DNA of 15,844 nucleotides from Promethearchaeota archaeon (GTDB lineage Archaea; Asgardarchaeota; Sifarchaeia; Borrarchaeales; Borrarchaeaceae): NCBI GenBank assembly GCA_048940375.1, contig JBHLOP010000019.1, positions 1 to 15,844 of the forward strand, read 5' to 3'. Shown piece by piece: positions 12,825 to 15,844 of this stretch (position 1 is its first letter; each line of letters starts with the position of its first letter). The notes under the pieces were generated by a model. It saw only the letters and a program-made list of their open reading frames with translations, ran no database searches and was not told where the DNA came from. The position numbers and the translations under genes were made by a program.

Positions 12825-14219
12825 TTATTTGTTTTCAAAAAAATCTGCAACTCTAATTTTTGGCGTCTCATAATTAGATAATTCTGCACCAATTGTTTCG
12901 AGTGCAACCGCACTAATATCCCATATGTTCAGTTTATTATTCTCCAAATATTTTTGGAGAATTTTCTTAATCCCTGACGGTTTGGTGAATTTATGTCCAT
13001 CAAAATGGGCAAAAAAAGTATATACGCTGGTACAACTCGGGGTCACTCCACCGTGATTAGCCTTTCTGTAGGTGATGTCATAGCCATATCCTTCATTAGC
13101 TGTTCCGATAACATGTCCAAATTTATCTCGATCATAACCAACATTTTTACCAAAGATTCTCTCTATTTCTTCATATTCAGGAGTAAAATGAACCCAGCGA
13201 TTTGCCTGCATCTTTTTAAGTCGATCAACAAGCTCACATATTTGTTTGTTACGTGTAAGTAATAAGTCTTCGTTAAACCATATTCTGAATCCTCTTCTCC
13301 CATCAGTTGCAATCGCATATTCTTTTTCAGAGAACCCCATTCTTTTTGCAAGTTCGTGAATAGTTGAAGAAATCGGGAATATATGAGGCGTATCAGAATT
13401 TCCATGATCGGTGGTAAGAATGAATAAAGTATCTTCTCCCATTGCAAATAATAGTTCTCTAACCTTTTCAATTGAATTTTTTAATATATCTGCTGCCGTT
13501 AATGATTTTGTACCATCTGTATGAATCGCTTTGTCGGGGCCACCAATTGTTCCTGTAATAACGCTCGGATTATATGTATTAATCAATTCTATGACCTTTT
13601 CGATGAGTACATCATCCATCTCACCGAATTTATCTACCCCTACGTGTTCTCCTCCGAAGATGCGTTGTCTGATTTTCTTGCGTCTTTCATTTAATTCGTC
13701 GAATGGCTCTCTCTTTCCGTTATGATAGATTCCAGAAGGGATTGCAATCTGGTGGAATGGTGAATTAGATGTAGATAAAGACCCATTATCCTTAGTCATT
13801 CGCATATACAGTTGAAGGGTACGTTGCCCTCCCTCATCGCCAGGATCTACGGTTTCCTTTGAAATACCTCCTTCTGAAATACCGCATCCTTTGTTTCCGA
13901 AGCCTAGTAATATCTCTCCTGCATCTTTTAAATCGTCAAAAACAGATCTATATTTCTTAAAAAGGTCTAAGGGGGGGTTTATTACTTTCATTTGCTTAAT
14001 ATCAACAAATCGGTTGCCTACTAGGTTCGTTTCAAATGGCGACAACCTATAACTAAAGGCTACGTGACCTGGTCTTGAGACTGAAAAAATATCTACAAGT
14101 GTGGGGACTTTAAACGCATTATCATCGATATAGTTAAGAAATCCCCCATTAGGAGAGTTAACAGCGGTTTCCCAGCAGTTAATAGCTAATCCATCAATGA
14201 TCACATAGCATAGTTTCAT
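12825..14219 (-). CDS. Alkaline-phosphatase-superfamily enzyme, type I phosphodiesterase/nucleotide pyrophosphatase-like
   Basis: I place the start at the ATG at 14219 (MKLCYVIIDGL..), which has GGAG 8 nt upstream (rc of 14226-14229). The 510-aa ORF-track version adds 46 aa that overlap the upstream gene. Motifs: VIIDGL (metal Asp), SVSRPGHVAF..NLVGN (nucleophile region), GPDKAIHTDG, ILTTDHGN and KANHGG. Confidence 0.7.
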   Translation of the reverse strand: MKLCYVIIDGLAINCWETAVNSPNGGFLNYIDDNAFKVPTLVDIFSVSRPGHVAFSYRLSPFETNLVGNRFVDIKQMKVINPPLDLFKKYRSVFDDLKDAGEILLGFGNKGCGISEGGISKETVDPGDEGGQRTLQLYMRMTKDNGSLSTSNSPFHQIAIPSGIYHNGKREPFDELNERRKKIRQRIFGGEHVGVDKFGEMDDVLIEKVIELINTYNPSVITGTIGGPDKAIHTDGTKSLTAADILKNSIEKVRELLFAMGEDTLFILTTDHGNSDTPHIFPISSTIHELAKRMGFSEKEYAIATDGRRGFRIWFNEDLLLTRNKQICELVDRLKKMQANRWVHFTPEYEEIERIFGKNVGYDRDKFGHVIGTANEGYGYDITYRKANHGGVTPSCTSVYTFFAHFDGHKFTKPSGIKKILQKYLENNKLNIWDISAVALETIGAELSNYETPKIRVADFFENK

Positions 14220-14250
14220 AATATTCTCCAGTATACAAAACAGTATTGCT

Positions 14251-14286
14251 AAATATTTATCCCTTTCGTCAATTACATAGAAAAAA
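14251..14286 (-). promoter_or_regulatory. Short intergenic region with a T6 terminator candidate for the DUF711 gene and a TATA-like element for the phosphodiesterase gene
   Basis: On the minus strand a T6 run (14286->14281) sits 19 nt after the DUF711 stop. It is followed by GATAAATATTTAGC (14262->14249), about 30-40 nt upstream of the ATG at 14219. Confidence 0.3.
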
Positions 14287-14304
14287 TAAGGGGAAAATAC
14301 CCTG

Positions 14305-15690
14305 TTATCCGCGTAAACTGTGAAATGGGGCGGGTGTACGTCCTCCTCTTTTAACAAAGGTATCTGATCGGTAAGGTTTTGTATTGAGAACTGGAGCTTT
14401 CCCCATCAAACCACCAAACTCTATCATTTCGCCACCATAACTTTTTGGTACCGGAATAATCCGGACACCTGCTGGCTTGTCATTGGCAATAGCTATTGCG
14501 ATTTGATCTGCGATGATTGCTGAAATCGTTTCTTTGCTTGTGTCTCCTGGTATTAGCACCATATCGATCCCCAGTGCACACACACTGCTCATAGCATGAA
14601 GCGTTGTAATATCGATTGCACCTCTTTTTGCTGCCTCTGACATACCCTGATCCTCCATAACTGGGATAAAAACACCCGAAAGTCCTCCTACATAACTACT
14701 GGCCATCGCACCGCCTTTTTTCAGGGCATCAGCGAGAATAGCAAGCGCTGCTATCGATCCATGACCTCCGCATTCTTCTAGCCCCATTGCCTGTATAATC
14801 TCTGCAACTGAGCCTCCATTTGGATCAGGGGCTAAACTGATATCTACTGCACCAAACTCAATCCCTAGCGCTTTTGCGATTTGTCTGCCAATTAGCTCAC
14901 CGGCACGTGTCACTTTAAAAGTAGCAGCCTTGATTTCATCGGCCAATTTCCCAATATCTGCGTGTTCACCAATTTCTTGTATTGCTGCTTTGATCACGCC
15001 AGGTCCGCTAATTCCGATAACAACTGTTGCGTCAGGTCCACCTGGACTGGCAAACGCTCCAGGCATAAAAGGAGTATCTTCCATAGCATTTGCTAAGACA
15101 ATGAATTTTGCACACCCAATTCCGTTAGATGTTTTTTGAGAGACGTTTAGGATGATTTCACCCATTTTAGCAATTGCATCAAAGTTGATTCCAGCATGAG
15201 TTGTCGCCACATTTACAAAACCGCAAACAGTATCAGTTTTACTCATCACTTCTGGCAGAGATTCAATAAGGATAGTATCCGCCTTCATAAAACCTCTATG
15301 AACAAATGTAGAATAGCCTCCTACATAATCAACACCTGATTCCTTGGCAATTCTGTCTAATGAGGATGCTATCTTAAAGGCAACATTGATACCCTCATTT
15401 ATTTCTAAATCTTCAACCATAGGTCCCAATAACTGTGCGATAGGTGTAACTGCTAATCTTTTATTAACGATAGGTACACCAAACCTTTCTTCAATTTGAG
15501 TAATTTCATCAATAAAGCGCTTAATAAAAGGGGGCATATGTGTTTCCATAAGCGATATTGTAATATCTGGATCCTCGCGGGCGTATTTTTGGATGTTCAT
15601 TGCTAAGGTTGTTGCACGTATGTTTAAATTTTCGAGCCAGAACATTCTTACAGTGTCTAAAATCTCGCTTGGTGATAACAATAATGGCAT
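14305..15690 (-). CDS. UPF0210 / DUF711 family protein (annotated in databases as PFL-family protein)
   Basis: The N-terminus LSPSEILDTVRMFWLENLNIRATTLAMNI matches the characteristic UPF0210 start (..eILeTiRMi.eenLdIRTiTmgIsL), and the ~460 aa length fits. I prefer the ATG at 15690 (AGGAG 10 nt upstream) over the GTG at 15708 in the ORF track. It sits directly downstream of an ACT-domain gene, the classic partner. Confidence 0.8.
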   Translation of the reverse strand: MPLLLSPSEILDTVRMFWLENLNIRATTLAMNIQKYAREDPDITISLMETHMPPFIKRFIDEITQIEERFGVPIVNKRLAVTPIAQLLGPMVEDLEINEGINVAFKIASSLDRIAKESGVDYVGGYSTFVHRGFMKADTILIESLPEVMSKTDTVCGFVNVATTHAGINFDAIAKMGEIILNVSQKTSNGIGCAKFIVLANAMEDTPFMPGAFASPGGPDATVVIGISGPGVIKAAIQEIGEHADIGKLADEIKAATFKVTRAGELIGRQIAKALGIEFGAVDISLAPDPNGGSVAEIIQAMGLEECGGHGSIAALAILADALKKGGAMASSYVGGLSGVFIPVMEDQGMSEAAKRGAIDITTLHAMSSVCALGIDMVLIPGDTSKETISAIIADQIAIAIANDKPAGVRIIPVPKSYGGEMIEFGGLMGKAPVLNTKPYRSDTFVKRGGRTPAPFHSLRG

Positions 15691-15715
15691 TATTTTTTCA
15701 CTCCTCACTCTATTT

Positions 15716-15844
15716 CTATACTCTGTTCATAAAATTAAAGACCTCTTCATGAAGAGTGAAAATATGAACCCCTAATTCTTCACCCTTCGTACGAAGTCTT
15801 TCTTTTAGTGCTTTTAGCGGTACAGTAGCATTGGACATATCGCC
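15716..15844 (-). CDS. ACT-domain protein, UPF0237 family (3' fragment, truncated by window edge)
   Basis: Reverse-strand translation from the window edge gives GDMSNATVPLKALKERLRTKGEELGVHIFTLHEEVFNFMNRV*, with the stop at 15716-15718. This resembles the C-terminus of UPF0237 ACT proteins (..lg..L.vkI.iqhe.iF.aMhri). That family is almost always encoded immediately upstream of DUF711. Confidence 0.65.
   Translation of the reverse strand, partial: GDMSNATVPLKALKERLRTKGEELGVHIFTLHEEVFNFMNRV

Noticed and set aside
14220-14357. The 46-aa N-terminal extension of the 510-aa ORF (12825..14357), which overlaps the 3' end of the DUF711 gene by 53 nt
   Set aside because: The extension has no family-like sequence and runs through an oligo-T tract and a TATA-like element. 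The internal ATG at 14219 has a well-spaced GGAG and starts exactly at the conserved MKLCYVIIDGL metal-binding N-terminus of AP-superfamily enzymes. I therefore treat the long form as an ORF-caller artefact, not a real overlap or fusion.
15691-15708. GTG start at 15708 for the DUF711 ORF (MRSEKI-MPLLL..)
   Set aside because: The GTG lies inside the AGGAG element (rc of 15701-15705) that serves the ATG at 15690, and the family N-terminus begins near the ATG. The ATG is preferred, though the GTG is not strictly excluded.
1-15844. Search for CRISPR arrays, tRNA/rRNA genes, IS elements, direct repeats and integration scars
   Set aside because: I noticed no repeated spacer-repeat periodicity, no GC-rich structured RNA-like segments and no transposase or integrase-like ORFs on either strand. 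Composition looks uniform across the window, so there is no visible sign of a recently acquired island.

Overview
Visibly AT-rich window, densely coded, with archaeal-style organisation: GGAG-type Shine-Dalgarno sites, TTTAAATA-type TATA elements, oligo-T terminators and TTG starts. I found no rRNA, tRNA, CRISPR array, transposase or integrase. It splits into two parts. Part A (306-7979) is the unusual one. A tightly packed three-gene minus-strand operon encodes a multi-zinc-finger protein with a beta-sandwich core, a protein whose C-terminal 150 aa align along their whole length with eukaryotic ESCRT-II Vps22/SNF8 (EAP30 family), and a zinc-ribbon/SPFH (YdjI-like)/SHOCT protein. It is transcribed divergently from a 989-aa, roughly 17-TM membrane protein with a soluble HxDWE (Vps62/NLP-like) domain and a terminal zinc ribbon. 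No ESCRT-III, Vps4, Vps25 or PspA gene is present in the window. The ESCRT-II homolog suggests an Asgard-type archaeon, but that is inference. Part B (8037-15844) is metabolic: glycerophosphodiester phosphodiesterase, the cyclic 2,3-diphosphoglycerate synthetase plus 2-phosphoglycerate kinase pair, a tandem-duplicated metallophosphoesterase, an alkaline-phosphatase-superfamily phosphodiesterase, and the conserved DUF711/ACT (UPF0210/UPF0237) pair. All homology calls come from motif recognition by eye and need profile or structure searches to confirm.
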